From contig JAQTLZ010000002.1 of NCBI GenBank assembly GCA_028714635.1, positions 9,362-73,361 on the forward strand: DNA of 64,000 nucleotides, in the 5' to 3' direction. Below the pieces are notes generated by a model. It saw only the letters and a program-made list of their open reading frames with translations, was not told the origin of the DNA and ran no database searches. The translations under genes and the position numbers were made by a program. This DNA is from Minisyncoccota bacterium (GTDB lineage: Bacteria > Patescibacteriota > Minisyncoccia > Phycocordibacterales > JAQTLZ01). Positions 48,393 to 58,154 of this stretch are shown one piece after another (within the stretch, counting starts at the first letter, position 1; each line of letters starts with the position of its first letter).

Positions 48393-48854
48393 TCACTTTG
48401 CTTTCACATATTTAATAACGACCCTCCGTTCTTTCCCCTCTCCTGTAGATTCAGTCGTAATATCTGAAATATTTGCGAGTGCCTCATGCACCATCATTCT
48501 CTCATACGCTGGCATAGGGGAAAGCTCGACTCCTGTCTGGAGTGTGCGCGCCCTATCTACCAATACTTGGATTTTCGCGTACATTTCTCTCACTTTTTGA
48601 TCCTGGTAGCCGTTTACGTCGAGTGAAAAAGGAATTTTCCCCTCCAGAGGAATCTTTTTTTCGACAATTTTTCTTACAATATGAGCAAAGGCAGAAAATG
48701 TCTCTCCATTTTTCCCAATAAGAAGCCGGGCGTCTTTCGTTGAAATCAAGAATTTTGGTTCTTTTTCTAAACCCCCAACTTCAATACGATCGATAGGCAA
48801 AGCCATTAGGGACAAAAGTTCTTCTATTACCTTCTTGATATCCTCCGTATGCAT
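48393..48854 (-). CDS. jag: Jag/KhpB-like KH plus R3H domain RNA-binding protein
   Basis: C-terminal R3H motif ERMMVHEALANISDITTESTGEG; operon position after yidC. Confidence 0.8.
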   Translation of the reverse strand: MHTEDIKKVIEELLSLMALPIDRIEVGGLEKEPKFLISTKDARLLIGKNGETFSAFAHIVRKIVEKKIPLEGKIPFSLDVNGYQDQKVREMYAKIQVLVDRARTLQTGVELSPMPAYERMMVHEALANISDITTESTGEGKERRVVIKYVKAK

Positions 48855-48859
48855 GACAT

Positions 48860-49615
48860 TTATTTTTTCTTAATTAAAAGCTCTTGGACAATGCTGAAAA
48901 GATTGTTGGTAATCCAGTATAAAGTGACCGCTCCGGAAAACCCATAGGCGAAAATCCCGATCATCGCTGGCAACATATACTTCATCTGGAGGCTCATGCC
49001 CTTGGAAAACTCATCCTGAAATGACGCTTTTTTATTTGGATCACTTGGAACTTTAGAAGGAGTAGTGGCAGAAAGTGTGTACTTCGCCTGGAAAAATTGG
49101 CTCGCTGCAGCAAGAAGCGCCAAAACGATATTTTTTGTATGAGTAATATCCAAAAACCCTAGAAAATGGAGATTAATTACACTCGGAGTATGTATGAAAG
49201 AATAAAGAAGGTTCAGATCTATCATCGCCTTGGAAAGATCTCCTCGAAACACCTGGTAGAGAGCGATAACGATCGGCAATTGGATAAACATAAAAAGAAT
49301 CCCCGAGAAAGGATTTATTTTGTTCTCCTTGTAGAGGGCGAGAGTTCTTTTCGCCTGCTCGTCTTTATTGTCTTTAAAATCGATCTTAATCTGCTCCATC
49401 TGAGGACCAAGCTCCTTCATTTTTCTCTGACTTTCAAGAGATTTCTTAGAAAGGGGATAGAGAACAAACCGGATCAATATGGTAAACAGGATAATAGCAG
49501 CGCCGACATCGCCATGCGGAATAAAACCAATTAAAAATACCAATCCATTGTAGAGAGGTCTGTAAAAAACGCCATTGTAGGCGACGGAAAAAAGATGGCC
49601 AATAAATGAAAACAT
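48860..49615 (-). CDS. yidC: YidC/Oxa1 family membrane protein insertase (short form)
   Basis: Five TM helices. Conserved KINPFSGILFMFIQLPIVIALYQVF region. Confidence 0.85.
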   Translation of the reverse strand: MFSFIGHLFSVAYNGVFYRPLYNGLVFLIGFIPHGDVGAAIILFTILIRFVLYPLSKKSLESQRKMKELGPQMEQIKIDFKDNKDEQAKRTLALYKENKINPFSGILFMFIQLPIVIALYQVFRGDLSKAMIDLNLLYSFIHTPSVINLHFLGFLDITHTKNIVLALLAAASQFFQAKYTLSATTPSKVPSDPNKKASFQDEFSKGMSLQMKYMLPAMIGIFAYGFSGAVTLYWITNNLFSIVQELLIKKK

Positions 49616-49683
49616 AGCGCCATTCTACAGAAAAAGCTTTGTGAATACAAATTAAGCGGTTATAACGGACTTTTCGGGAAATG

Positions 49684-50025
49684 TTACGGGAGAATCCGGG
49701 ACTTTTTTAAGAGAGAGAGGGCTTCCTCCTTCAATGCACTGAAGGTTAGCTCCGCACCGCCACTTTTGTAGAAAAAAATGCCGTTCGAATCAGGTCTCGT
49801 CTCCTTAAGTACCTCCTGTATGATGCTTAAAAGTCTTCGTTTCAGGAGATTTCTGGCCACCGCTCTCTTGGCAACTTTCTTAGAAACTGACACTGCAAAA
49901 CGGCTCTTTATTTGTAGAGAAACAGCTAACACTCGTAGGGTGAGGTGAGGGGAGTGGTACCACATACCCCTCTTAAGGACATCGGCAAACATAACTCTCG
50001 AAATTCTTTGTTTTCGAGCTAGCAT
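49684..50025 (-). CDS. rnpA: Ribonuclease P protein component
   Basis: Basic protein with the RNR-like motif KKVAKRAVARNLLKRRL. Confidence 0.85.
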   Translation of the reverse strand: MLARKQRISRVMFADVLKRGMWYHSPHLTLRVLAVSLQIKSRFAVSVSKKVAKRAVARNLLKRRLLSIIQEVLKETRPDSNGIFFYKSGGAELTFSALKEEALSLLKKSRILP

Positions 50026-50119
50026 ACGGGGAATAGCGTAAAGCGGATAGCGGATAGCGTAAGGGAATACTCCATAAATTTGAATTTTATTTCTAGCCGC
50101 TTTACGCTAAACGCTGTCC

Positions 50120-50254
50120 TTAGACCGAGAGTCTTTTACGACCCTTCTGCATCCTTCTCTTAAGAGTATTTTTACCTCCTTTTGTCTTCTTTCGAGCTAA
50201 AAAGCCGTGCGTTCGAGCTCTTTTCTTCTTTTTCGGCTGGTATGTGATTGACAT
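50120..50254 (-). CDS. rpmH: 50S ribosomal protein L34. 44 aa ([44 protein letters not shown]), hand-translated; below the ORF-track length cutoff.
   Basis: Near-universal L34 sequence; canonical position upstream of rnpA. Confidence 0.85.
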   Translation of the reverse strand: MSITYQPKKKKRARTHGFLARKKTKGGKNTLKRRMQKGRKRLSV

Positions 50255-50446
50255 AGTTCCATCACTCTATCACAAAAAAACGATTTCTGGCAAATAAGAT
50301 GGTATTTTTCACTATCCACATTCTTTCCACAGTCTTTCAACATTTTTAATGACTGTGGACAAGCTTTACTTTTTTCCATTCGGTATATAATGATACTGTT
50401 TTTCTTTTTCTATCTTTTCACATCTTAAAAGCATTTTTTTCACTCT
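50255..50446. promoter_or_regulatory. dnaA upstream region with DnaA boxes TATCCACA (50313-50320), TTTCCACAG (50324-50332) and TGTGGACAA (50355-50363)
   Basis: Matches to the TTATCCACA consensus read from the sequence. Confidence 0.6.
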
Positions 50447-51793
50447 ATGGACAACAAAAAACTATGGGGGTCTGTCTTAGCTGAACTGGAATTATCCCTT
50501 TCCAAGGCAAATTTTCATACTTGGTTCAAAGATACCGCTGTTACTAAGCAAGAAGAGGGAATGGTGTACCTCAATGTCCCGAATGCTTTTGTAAAAGATT
50601 GGCTGTATAACAAATATCATAGAGATATCCTGAAAGCTCTCCGAACATACGGAGAAAATGTCCGATCTTTAGAATATGTTGTTTCAAAAGATGAGGGAAG
50701 GAAGAAAGAGGGAGAGGCAACTCGGCAAGCTACGCCAATTCAAAGCAACGAGCTTCCTTTGAATGACTACTACATCAACAAAGAAGACAATTTAAATCCA
50801 AAATATACTTTTGACGCTTTTGTTGTCGGCCCTTTCAATGATCTTGCATTCGCCGCATCGCAAGCAGTAATAAAAAAACCCGGGACCGCTTACAATCCTC
50901 TCTTTGTGTACGGAAATACCGGCCACGGAAAAACACATCTTATCCAAGCCATCGGAAACTCTTTGAAAGGCGGAAACCCGGGAAGAAAAATTTTCTACGT
51001 CACTTCCGAAACATTCGCGGTGGATTACATCACTTCAGTTCAAAATAATAAGCCAAACCAATTCAAAGAAAAATATCGAAAATACGACGTGTTAATCATG
51101 GATGATATCCAGTTCCTTTCCAAAAAAACCCAGACGCAGGAAGAGTTATTTCACCTTTTCAATGCTTTGTACGAGAACAATAAGCAGATCGTATTTTCAT
51201 CCGACAAACATCCGAACTACATTCCAGATCTCGAGGAGCGCCTTAAATCGCGCTTCAGCGCAGGAATGATCGTAGAAATCCCTCCGCCTGACTACGAATC
51301 CCGAGTAGCAATTTTGAAAGCGAAAGCAAAGCAAAATAATTTTACCCTGTCCGATGAAGCAATCGATTATCTTTCTTCTTCCATTGAAGGGAACATCCGA
51401 GAGCTCGAAGGAGTTTTAAACTCAATTATTTGCCAGACACAGCTTAAGAACAGCGAACTCGGGCTCGCTGATATTAAAAATCTCATCAAAAATACTTCGA
51501 AACCGAAGAAAAACATTTCTCCGAAAGATATCATTAAAATTATTTCTGACTTCTACAATATTGAAGAGGCGAGTATCTACGAAAAGACTAGAAAGAAGGA
51601 GATCGTAAAGCCTCGACAGCTCATCATGTACATCCTCCGGGAAGATTTCAATGTGTCGTATCCATCAATCGGCCAAAAACTTGGCGGGAGAGATCACACA
51701 ACCGTCATGCACTCTTGTGAAAAAATTAAAAACGACTTAAAAGTCGACCAGCTCCTCGTGCAAGAGTTGAGCAGAATCAGAGCTCTTATTTAG
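50447..51793 (+). CDS. dnaA: Chromosomal replication initiator DnaA
   Basis: AAA+ Walker A GNTGHGKTHL, sensor motifs, C-terminal DNA-binding domain. Confidence 0.95.
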   Translation: MDNKKLWGSVLAELELSLSKANFHTWFKDTAVTKQEEGMVYLNVPNAFVKDWLYNKYHRDILKALRTYGENVRSLEYVVSKDEGRKKEGEATRQATPIQSNELPLNDYYINKEDNLNPKYTFDAFVVGPFNDLAFAASQAVIKKPGTAYNPLFVYGNTGHGKTHLIQAIGNSLKGGNPGRKIFYVTSETFAVDYITSVQNNKPNQFKEKYRKYDVLIMDDIQFLSKKTQTQEELFHLFNALYENNKQIVFSSDKHPNYIPDLEERLKSRFSAGMIVEIPPPDYESRVAILKAKAKQNNFTLSDEAIDYLSSSIEGNIRELEGVLNSIICQTQLKNSELGLADIKNLIKNTSKPKKNISPKDIIKIISDFYNIEEASIYEKTRKKEIVKPRQLIMYILREDFNVSYPSIGQKLGGRDHTTVMHSCEKIKNDLKVDQLLVQELSRIRALI

Positions 51794-52079
51794 CGAGAGT
51801 TTGATTGAGGGAGATGATTTGTGGATAATGTGTGGAAAGAGTGTGGAATTTTCGTGGATTTTATGTGAGCTCATTGTAGAAAAACGGCTCTAAAGAAGGC
51901 TAAAAAGTGGATAGCCCCGAAGAACCGTTTTTCGAATCTACAACCTAAAAAACATATACACAGAAAGGGGAAAGAGATAAGCTTAAGAAAGGTTGTTACA
52001 GAGCGGTTAAAAATGATATCCACATATACACAAGGTTAATAGTAGTAATAGGTATTTATATAAAGAATAAAAACAAACA
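51794..52079. promoter_or_regulatory. oriC candidate. Cluster of DnaA boxes: TGTGGATAA (51820-51828), TGTGGAAAG (51831-51839), TGTGGAATT (51842-51850), CGTGGATTT (51853-51861), AGTGGATAG (51905-51913), TATCCACA (52025-52032), plus an AT-rich stretch before dnaN.
   Basis: Box matches, and the canonical dnaA-dnaN intergenic location. Confidence 0.7.
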
Positions 52080-53180
52080 ATGAAGATAGAGTGTACAAAA
52101 GAAAAATTATTCGGAGCTGTATCAAAAGCAGAAAAAATTTCAGGCAAGCATCTTACCCTTCCTGTTTTAAGTTGTATTCTTCTTGAAGCGAAGAAAAATG
52201 CTTTATTTGTACGAGCGACAAATTTAGATGTGGGAGTTGAAATATCTTTTCCAGTGAAAGTAGATGAAGAAGGAATTGTCGCAGTTTCTGGTTCGGTACT
52301 TTCTGGTTTCCTTTCAAATCTTTATACTGATAAAAATATAAAATTAGAAACAACTAAAGGAAATCTTTCCCTTACCGGCGGGAAAACCTCTATCACCATA
52401 AAATCTCTTCCTCATGAAGATTTTCCAACTATCCCCAAGATACAAGATGGAACAGTTTTTCACCTCGAGTCCAATGACCTCTTAAAAGGACTTACCTCTG
52501 TTTGGTACGCTTCCGGAACTTCAAGTATGAAGCCAGAACTTTCAAGCGTCTATATGTATGCGGAGAACGATTCTCTTGTTTTTGTTGCTACTGACTCATT
52601 CCGCCTTGCAGAAAAGAGAATAAAAACCAAAAAACCGAAAGATTTTTCGCATGTTCTCATCCCATTTAAAAATGTTTTGGAAATTGTGAGAATTTTTGAG
52701 GAAGTGAAGGGAGAAATTACTGTGGAAGCAAATAAAAACCAGATTTCGTTCTCTGCAGATGGGATTTATCTTACGTCTCGAGTTGTAGACGGAGTATTTC
52801 CTGACTATAAACAGATCATTCCAAAAAAATTCGGAACCGAGGTTATTCTTTTGAAACAAGACTTGGTGAACACCCTGAAAATTTCAAATATATTTTCAGA
52901 TGCTTTCCGGCAAGTCCACATGAAAGCTGATCCAAAGAAAGAGATTTTTGAAGTGCAGACAAAAAATGCCGACGTTGGAGAAAGCATAAGCTCTCCCGAA
53001 GCTGCTCTTACCGGAGAACCTATCGAAATTAATTTTAATTTCAAATACATTATGGATTGTTTCCAGTCCATTGATGCAGACAGTGTTTCTCTCGAGTTTA
53101 GCGCGCTTAATCGGCCCATGGTGATGCGAGGCGTGGCTGACAGGTCATTTACCTATCTTGTGATGCCAATGAATAAATAA
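52080..53180 (+). CDS. dnaN: DNA polymerase III beta sliding clamp
   Basis: Three-domain clamp, about 366 aa, immediately after dnaA. Confidence 0.9.
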   Translation: MKIECTKEKLFGAVSKAEKISGKHLTLPVLSCILLEAKKNALFVRATNLDVGVEISFPVKVDEEGIVAVSGSVLSGFLSNLYTDKNIKLETTKGNLSLTGGKTSITIKSLPHEDFPTIPKIQDGTVFHLESNDLLKGLTSVWYASGTSSMKPELSSVYMYAENDSLVFVATDSFRLAEKRIKTKKPKDFSHVLIPFKNVLEIVRIFEEVKGEITVEANKNQISFSADGIYLTSRVVDGVFPDYKQIIPKKFGTEVILLKQDLVNTLKISNIFSDAFRQVHMKADPKKEIFEVQTKNADVGESISSPEAALTGEPIEINFNFKYIMDCFQSIDADSVSLEFSALNRPMVMRGVADRSFTYLVMPMNK

Positions 53181-53220
53181 CAGCGTATAGCGTCGAGCGT
53201 TTAGGGTGTCGTGAAAATAT

Positions 53221-53250
53221 CCTAACCGCTAACCGCTAACCGCTAACCGC
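53221..53250. repeat. Heptamer microsatellite (CTAACCG)x4
   Basis: Read directly: cctaaccgctaaccgctaaccgctaaccgct. Confidence 0.7.
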
Positions 53251-53251
53251 T

Positions 53252-53515
53252 ATGCTTTTCAACATCTCTCAATTTCTGGAGAAATTCAAAGTTGCGGGTC
53301 AGAAAAGCGCCCTTACGCGGGAATTGATCGCCAAAGGACTTTCAGAGGGTTTGGGAGTTAGCATTCTTCCCCAAGATTTTAAAATTCAAAACAACGTCGT
53401 GGTATTTCTCCATTCCAGCGGGAGTTTGAAGAGTCAGATTTTTATAAAAAAGCAAGAACTTCTTAGAATTTTGCGAGAAAAGTGCAAAGAGGAAGCTCCG
53501 CATGATATCCGCTAA
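53252..53515 (+). CDS. Small hypothetical protein (87 aa) downstream of dnaN
   Basis: ORF only. This position is where small origin-proximal genes of unknown function often sit. Confidence 0.35.
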   Translation: MLFNISQFLEKFKVAGQKSALTRELIAKGLSEGLGVSILPQDFKIQNNVVVFLHSSGSLKSQIFIKKQELLRILREKCKEEAPHDIR

Positions 53516-53521
53516 GGGATA

Positions 53522-56035
53522 TCATTGAATCATAAAGGAAACCGAAGTTTCCGACTTATTTTGGGCAGCGTCATACGCGACAGCTTTTAAAGTGTTTTCT
53601 CCTTTTGCGAATTGAGAATCTTTCGGTACGAACGAGAATGAGTATGGCTCTCCCGTGCTTGATCCGAGATATGTGCCATTCAGAAAGTAATCAATTTTAG
53701 AGAGATCGAAATGTCCGGAATGCAATACGCTCACAACTATTCTTTCCCTGGATTGGTGAACGCTTTCTTGTGTTGGACTTGTGATAGTGACCTCTGGAGC
53801 GAATCGGGGATTATGGAGCGGGTCAGTATCTGTGGGGATGCTTCCCCCCTCGGCGATACCTTGTCCAGAAACCCATTTCCTTACAGCGTATTCCCAATGT
53901 GAAAATTGCGGATCATCGTTCGGATTCGCCGGTCTTCCTCCTGTCGGGTCATCTTTGTCTATCCAATAGAGGATTGAATGGATGTCAGGCACAGCTCGTT
54001 CCTCTCGGAGCTCTGGTGGAGTGAAATCCGTCGCGACTTTGCCAGAAATTTTGTCGACAAAATAGGTTTGGCCTCCCTGCCACACCCCTCGCATAGGAGG
54101 AGCGAGGTTTGAAAGATCTTCGAACGCTGGTTTTTTGAAATTCTCCACGGGAAGCTGTTTCAAAGCTTCATTCATAAATGCGCTCCACATCGGTGCAACA
54201 ACAAGTCCCGCCACTTTTTTCTCCATCGGACGATTGTCATTGTTTCCTGCCCATGCTCCCACAACCAAGTGAGGAGTATATCCAACGATCCAAGTATCCC
54301 GGTAGTCGTTTGTGGTACCAGTTTTTGCAGCAACATCTCTTCCTTCAAAATAAAGGACAGAATGTCTCCCGTATGTTCCGGATCGGGCGTCATCGTCCGA
54401 GAGGATGCTGGATATTTTAAGAGCTGACTGTTCAGGAAGAACCTCAGATGGATGCAATTCCTCTTTTTCCAATGTTTGTCCTGTATGGTCCTTCACCTCA
54501 AGAATACTTTGATACGGGTTTCTCACTCCGTTATTTGCAAATACGCCGTAAGCGCTTGTGAGTTCGAGCGGAGACACTTCTGCGCCTCCAAGCACGAGCG
54601 TGAGTCCGTAATTGTCAGGATTTGTGAGGCTTGTGATACCGAGGTCTTGAGCGGTTTTAATTGAACTTTTGATTCCTGCCAAATACAACGTCTCAATTGA
54701 AGGAATGTTTCTTGATTCGGCAAGCGCTCGGCGCAAACTCAAAGGCCCTTTGAATTGATCATCGTAGTTGGACGGCTTGTAACAAGTCGCATCGGGATGT
54801 TTTGGCGTGCCGTCGGGGTTACATTCGCTTGAAAATTCAGTGGGAAGATCGAAGAGGACTGTTTCAGGCTGGTACCCCTCATTAAATGCTGTTGCATAGA
54901 CGATTGGTTTGAATGCTGAACCGGGCTGGCGCAGTGCCGTAGTGACATTGAAATTACCGTCAATTTTTTTGTCAAAATAATCTCTGGAACCAACCATTGC
55001 GAGAATGTCTCCAGTAGTGGGGTCGATGGCTACCATCGCAGCATTTTCTGCGTTAAATTTTTTCTGATTTTCAAGCGCGAATTTTTTTACAATTTCTTCT
55101 GCCTTTTGCTGAAGTCCGTAATCAAGCGTAGTAATAACTTTTAATCCGCCTGCCTGAAGAGCTTCAGTGCCATATTTTTTTTCTAGAAGATTGGTAACAT
55201 ATGCGACAAAGTGGGGAGCGCGTATGCCGGTCGGTTCTTGCGGAAGGAATGCTACCACTTCAGCTTTTGCAGCTGAATATTCCTCTTGTGTTATAAATTT
55301 ATTCTGAAACATTCTATCGAGCACCAAGTTTTTTCTCGCCTCAAGCTGGTCTTTGTTTTTTCCGTAAGGGGAGAAGAAAGTGGGAGCTTTAAGAAGAGAA
55401 GCGATATATGCGCTCTCTGCGATAGTAAGTTCTGACGCTTTTTTGCCGTAAAAAGTCTGGCTTGCTTCCTCAATTCCGTAGATGTTGCCCCCGAACGGGC
55501 TTTCGTTGAGATATAAGGTGAGAATTGAATCTTTATCCATCATCCGCTCAAGCTTGAGCGCCAAAACCCATTCTTTGATTTTTCTGGTTATAGTGCGCTC
55601 GTTTGTGAGGAGGGAATTTTTCACCACTTGCTGAGTAATAGTTGAACCGCCTTGGCTCAACTGCAATGACATGATATTTACAATAAAAGCCCGAAGTATC
55701 GCTGTCGGCTTGATGCCGTGGTGCTCGTAAAACTCAGCGTCCTCAATGGCCACCACCGCTTTTTTTATGTTTTGCGACATTTCACTCGAGGGGATACTGT
55801 CTCTTTTCACACCCTGGTGGATGTCATAGAGGAGCACTTTACCGGTTCGGTCGTATATTTTTGTGGATTGGCTTACGGTACGGGTTTCAAAAGTGTTGAG
55901 ATTCGGCATTTCCAAGGTGGAAATCCAAATAATAAAAGCTCCGCTTCCAAGGAAGAAGAGAGCGAGACAGATAAGAAGGGCTTGAGGAAACCACTTCTTT
56001 TTTATGAGTCGCAGGATTTTTTTCTTAATCTGCAT
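53522..56035 (-). CDS. ponA: Bifunctional class A penicillin-binding protein (transglycosylase plus transpeptidase)
   Basis: GT51 motifs (EDAEFYEHHGI, GGSTITQQVVKN), transpeptidase domain, N-terminal TM. Confidence 0.9.
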   Translation of the reverse strand: MQIKKKILRLIKKKWFPQALLICLALFFLGSGAFIIWISTLEMPNLNTFETRTVSQSTKIYDRTGKVLLYDIHQGVKRDSIPSSEMSQNIKKAVVAIEDAEFYEHHGIKPTAILRAFIVNIMSLQLSQGGSTITQQVVKNSLLTNERTITRKIKEWVLALKLERMMDKDSILTLYLNESPFGGNIYGIEEASQTFYGKKASELTIAESAYIASLLKAPTFFSPYGKNKDQLEARKNLVLDRMFQNKFITQEEYSAAKAEVVAFLPQEPTGIRAPHFVAYVTNLLEKKYGTEALQAGGLKVITTLDYGLQQKAEEIVKKFALENQKKFNAENAAMVAIDPTTGDILAMVGSRDYFDKKIDGNFNVTTALRQPGSAFKPIVYATAFNEGYQPETVLFDLPTEFSSECNPDGTPKHPDATCYKPSNYDDQFKGPLSLRRALAESRNIPSIETLYLAGIKSSIKTAQDLGITSLTNPDNYGLTLVLGGAEVSPLELTSAYGVFANNGVRNPYQSILEVKDHTGQTLEKEELHPSEVLPEQSALKISSILSDDDARSGTYGRHSVLYFEGRDVAAKTGTTNDYRDTWIVGYTPHLVVGAWAGNNDNRPMEKKVAGLVVAPMWSAFMNEALKQLPVENFKKPAFEDLSNLAPPMRGVWQGGQTYFVDKISGKVATDFTPPELREERAVPDIHSILYWIDKDDPTGGRPANPNDDPQFSHWEYAVRKWVSGQGIAEGGSIPTDTDPLHNPRFAPEVTITSPTQESVHQSRERIVVSVLHSGHFDLSKIDYFLNGTYLGSSTGEPYSFSFVPKDSQFAKGENTLKAVAYDAAQNKSETSVSFMIQ

Positions 56036-56100
56036 AGAAGCTATAATAGCACAGAGTGGGCCTGTACCAGAGAGTCCAAATATATGCTAAATTGTTGGGT

Positions 56101-57303
56101 ATGACACTAGAGAAAAAAGACGAGATTGATAATCTCCTCAATCACGGAATTGAACAGATCTATCCTACTCGCGACTTTCTTAAGGCAAAACTTGAGAGAG
56201 GTGAAAAGCTCTCCCTCTACCTCGGTATTGACCCTACAGGGCCATCTCTTCATATCGGCCATGCTATTGTCCTTAAAAAACTGCGCGATTTCCAAAGATT
56301 TGGCGTCAAAATAATTCTTCTTATCGGAGATTTTACTGGGATGATTGGTGATCCGACTGATAAGACTGCTGTCCGCAAAACCCAAACAAAGGAAGAAGTG
56401 CTTGCCAATGCCAAGCTCTATAAGAAACAAGCCTCGCTCTTTTTGCAATTTAGCGGAGCGAACAAGGCGGAGCTCAAATATAATTCAAAATGGCTCTCCA
56501 AAATGTCGTTTGAAGATGTGGTGCATCTCGCTTCGCATTTTACAGTACAACAGATGCTTGAACGAGATATGTTCCAAAAAAGATTTTCTGAACAGAAGCC
56601 GATTCACCTTCACGAATTTCTCTATCCTTTGATGCAAGGATACGACTCTGTAGCGCTCGATGTTGATGGAGAGATCGGCGGGAACGATCAGACATTCAAT
56701 ATGCTTGCTGGCCGTACGCTCATGAAACAGCTCAAGGGAAAAGAAAAATTTGTGATCACCATGAAGCTCCTCGCAGATTCAGGCGGACTTAAGATGGGGA
56801 AGACGACCAATAATGCCGTTTCTCTCGCTGATTCCCCAAACGAGATGTTTGGAAAGGTGATGAGTTGGTCTGACGGGATGATTTTGTCCGGATTCGAGCT
56901 CTGTACGGACGTCTCTTCTCTTGAAATTGAAAATATTAAAAATGATTTAAAAAACGGCACTAATCCAAAAGATATTAAAGTCCGATTGGCGAAAGAAGTC
57001 GTTGCCCTTTATCACAGCTCAAGAGATGCAGACGAGGCTGAGAAAAATTTTACTGAAACTTTTTCAAGAAAAGGAATATCTGACGATGCGGAAGTTTTTT
57101 CCGCCGCATCAGGAGAAAAAATTATTGATGTCATCGTCAGAGCAAAATTAGTTGCCTCAAAAACAGAAGCTCGCCGTCTTTTCGACGAAGGGGCGGTATC
57201 TGAAATAGGAGGAGAGAAGATCACTGACCAAGCGTTCGGAGTTACCAAGGATATAAATGTAAAAGTGGGCAAGCATAGATTTCTTAAGATCAAAGTTTCA
57301 TAA
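56101..57303 (+). CDS. tyrS: Tyrosyl-tRNA synthetase (alternative GTG start at 56056)
   Basis: HIGH motif (LHIGHAI), KMGKT (KMSKS-class) motif, C-terminal S4-like domain. Confidence 0.9.
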   Translation: MTLEKKDEIDNLLNHGIEQIYPTRDFLKAKLERGEKLSLYLGIDPTGPSLHIGHAIVLKKLRDFQRFGVKIILLIGDFTGMIGDPTDKTAVRKTQTKEEVLANAKLYKKQASLFLQFSGANKAELKYNSKWLSKMSFEDVVHLASHFTVQQMLERDMFQKRFSEQKPIHLHEFLYPLMQGYDSVALDVDGEIGGNDQTFNMLAGRTLMKQLKGKEKFVITMKLLADSGGLKMGKTTNNAVSLADSPNEMFGKVMSWSDGMILSGFELCTDVSSLEIENIKNDLKNGTNPKDIKVRLAKEVVALYHSSRDADEAEKNFTETFSRKGISDDAEVFSAASGEKIIDVIVRAKLVASKTEARRLFDEGAVSEIGGEKITDQAFGVTKDINVKVGKHRFLKIKVS

Positions 57304-57309
57304 AAAAGA

Positions 57310-57339
57310 AAAATCCCGCAAATGCGGGATTTTTCTTTT
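57310..57339. terminator. Rho-independent terminator (ATCCCGCAAATGCGGGAT hairpin flanked by A- and T-runs). Bidirectional for tyrS and for the convergent minus-strand genes.
   Basis: Hairpin and flanking runs. Confidence 0.7.
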
Positions 57340-57353
57340 GAGAAAAAAGTATT

Positions 57354-57527
57354 CTATTCTGCGTCGTCCATGAGATCGGCATCGAGGACGTCTTCATCAT
57401 CTTCTTCACCCTCTTCCAGATCCTTATCCTCGTCCACATCTTCCTCTTCTTCGTCATCCTCTAACTCGTCATCATCTTTTCTTGGCATAATGATTGTGTG
57501 GAGAATAGTATCCTCCAGCAAGTTCAT
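57354..57527 (-). CDS. Possible small highly acidic protein (57 aa, MNLLEDTILHTIIMPRKDDDELEDDEEEEDVDEDKDLEEGEEDD...). Hand-translated; distal gene of the ruvB-yebC-ruvC transcription unit.
   Basis: ORF in the correct orientation between ruvC and the shared terminator. Low complexity, so weak. Confidence 0.3.
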   Translation of the reverse strand: MNLLEDTILHTIIMPRKDDDELEDDEEEEDVDEDKDLEEGEEDDEDVLDADLMDDAE

Positions 57528-57672
57528 TAAAAATTGTTAAAAACGACTTTTTCTCTAAGTTTTTTGAGTAAAAAACTTCTAGACGCCCTATTTGTACCAG
57601 ATTGTATTTTTTTTGCAACTAGTTATTCTTTTAAATCTCTGTGGAAAAGTATTTTTCTTGAAAATCGCTGAT

Positions 57673-58149
57673 TTAAGGCCTATAAACGGCAAAAAAGGTG
57701 AGTCCAACAGCGATAGCATCATACTCATCATCGTGCTTTATTTCTTCTTTTATTTCGAGAAGTTTGGGGAGCATTTGAATAATTTGACGCTTGTCCGCGC
57801 GTCCTGATCCTGTCGTCGCTACTTTAATTTCGGGAGGTGTGAATTCGCGAATCTCAAGGTTATTTTTCGCTGCGATCTGCAAGATTGCTCCATAGCTTTC
57901 AGACACAAGCATCGCCGTTTTTTGATTTTTATTGAAAAAAAGTTTTTCAATAGCGAAAAATTCAGGCTTGTATTCCTTTATGATTTTTTCTATTTCCTCT
58001 CCGATTTGGCGAAGCCGTTCGGGGAAGGGGAATGCCGCTTTAGTTTGGAAACATTCTGAAAAAAGAAGTTTTTCTTTTCCGCGATTTTCTTTTTCGATAA
58101 TAGCAATGCCAAGGCGTTCGTACCCAGGATCAATAGCGAGAACCTTCAT
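57673..58149 (-). CDS. ruvC: Holliday junction resolvase RuvC
   Basis: MKVLAIDPGYERLGIAI and further catalytic acidic residues. Confidence 0.85.
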   Translation of the reverse strand: MKVLAIDPGYERLGIAIIEKENRGKEKLLFSECFQTKAAFPFPERLRQIGEEIEKIIKEYKPEFFAIEKLFFNKNQKTAMLVSESYGAILQIAAKNNLEIREFTPPEIKVATTGSGRADKRQIIQMLPKLLEIKEEIKHDDEYDAIAVGLTFFAVYRP

Positions 58150-58154
58150 AATTT

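Noticed and set aside
57322-57540. Ser-rich 72-aa plus-strand ORF after tyrS
   Set aside because: Pure low complexity (poly-Ser). It lies across the tyrS terminator and is the antisense of an acidic-codon-rich stretch.
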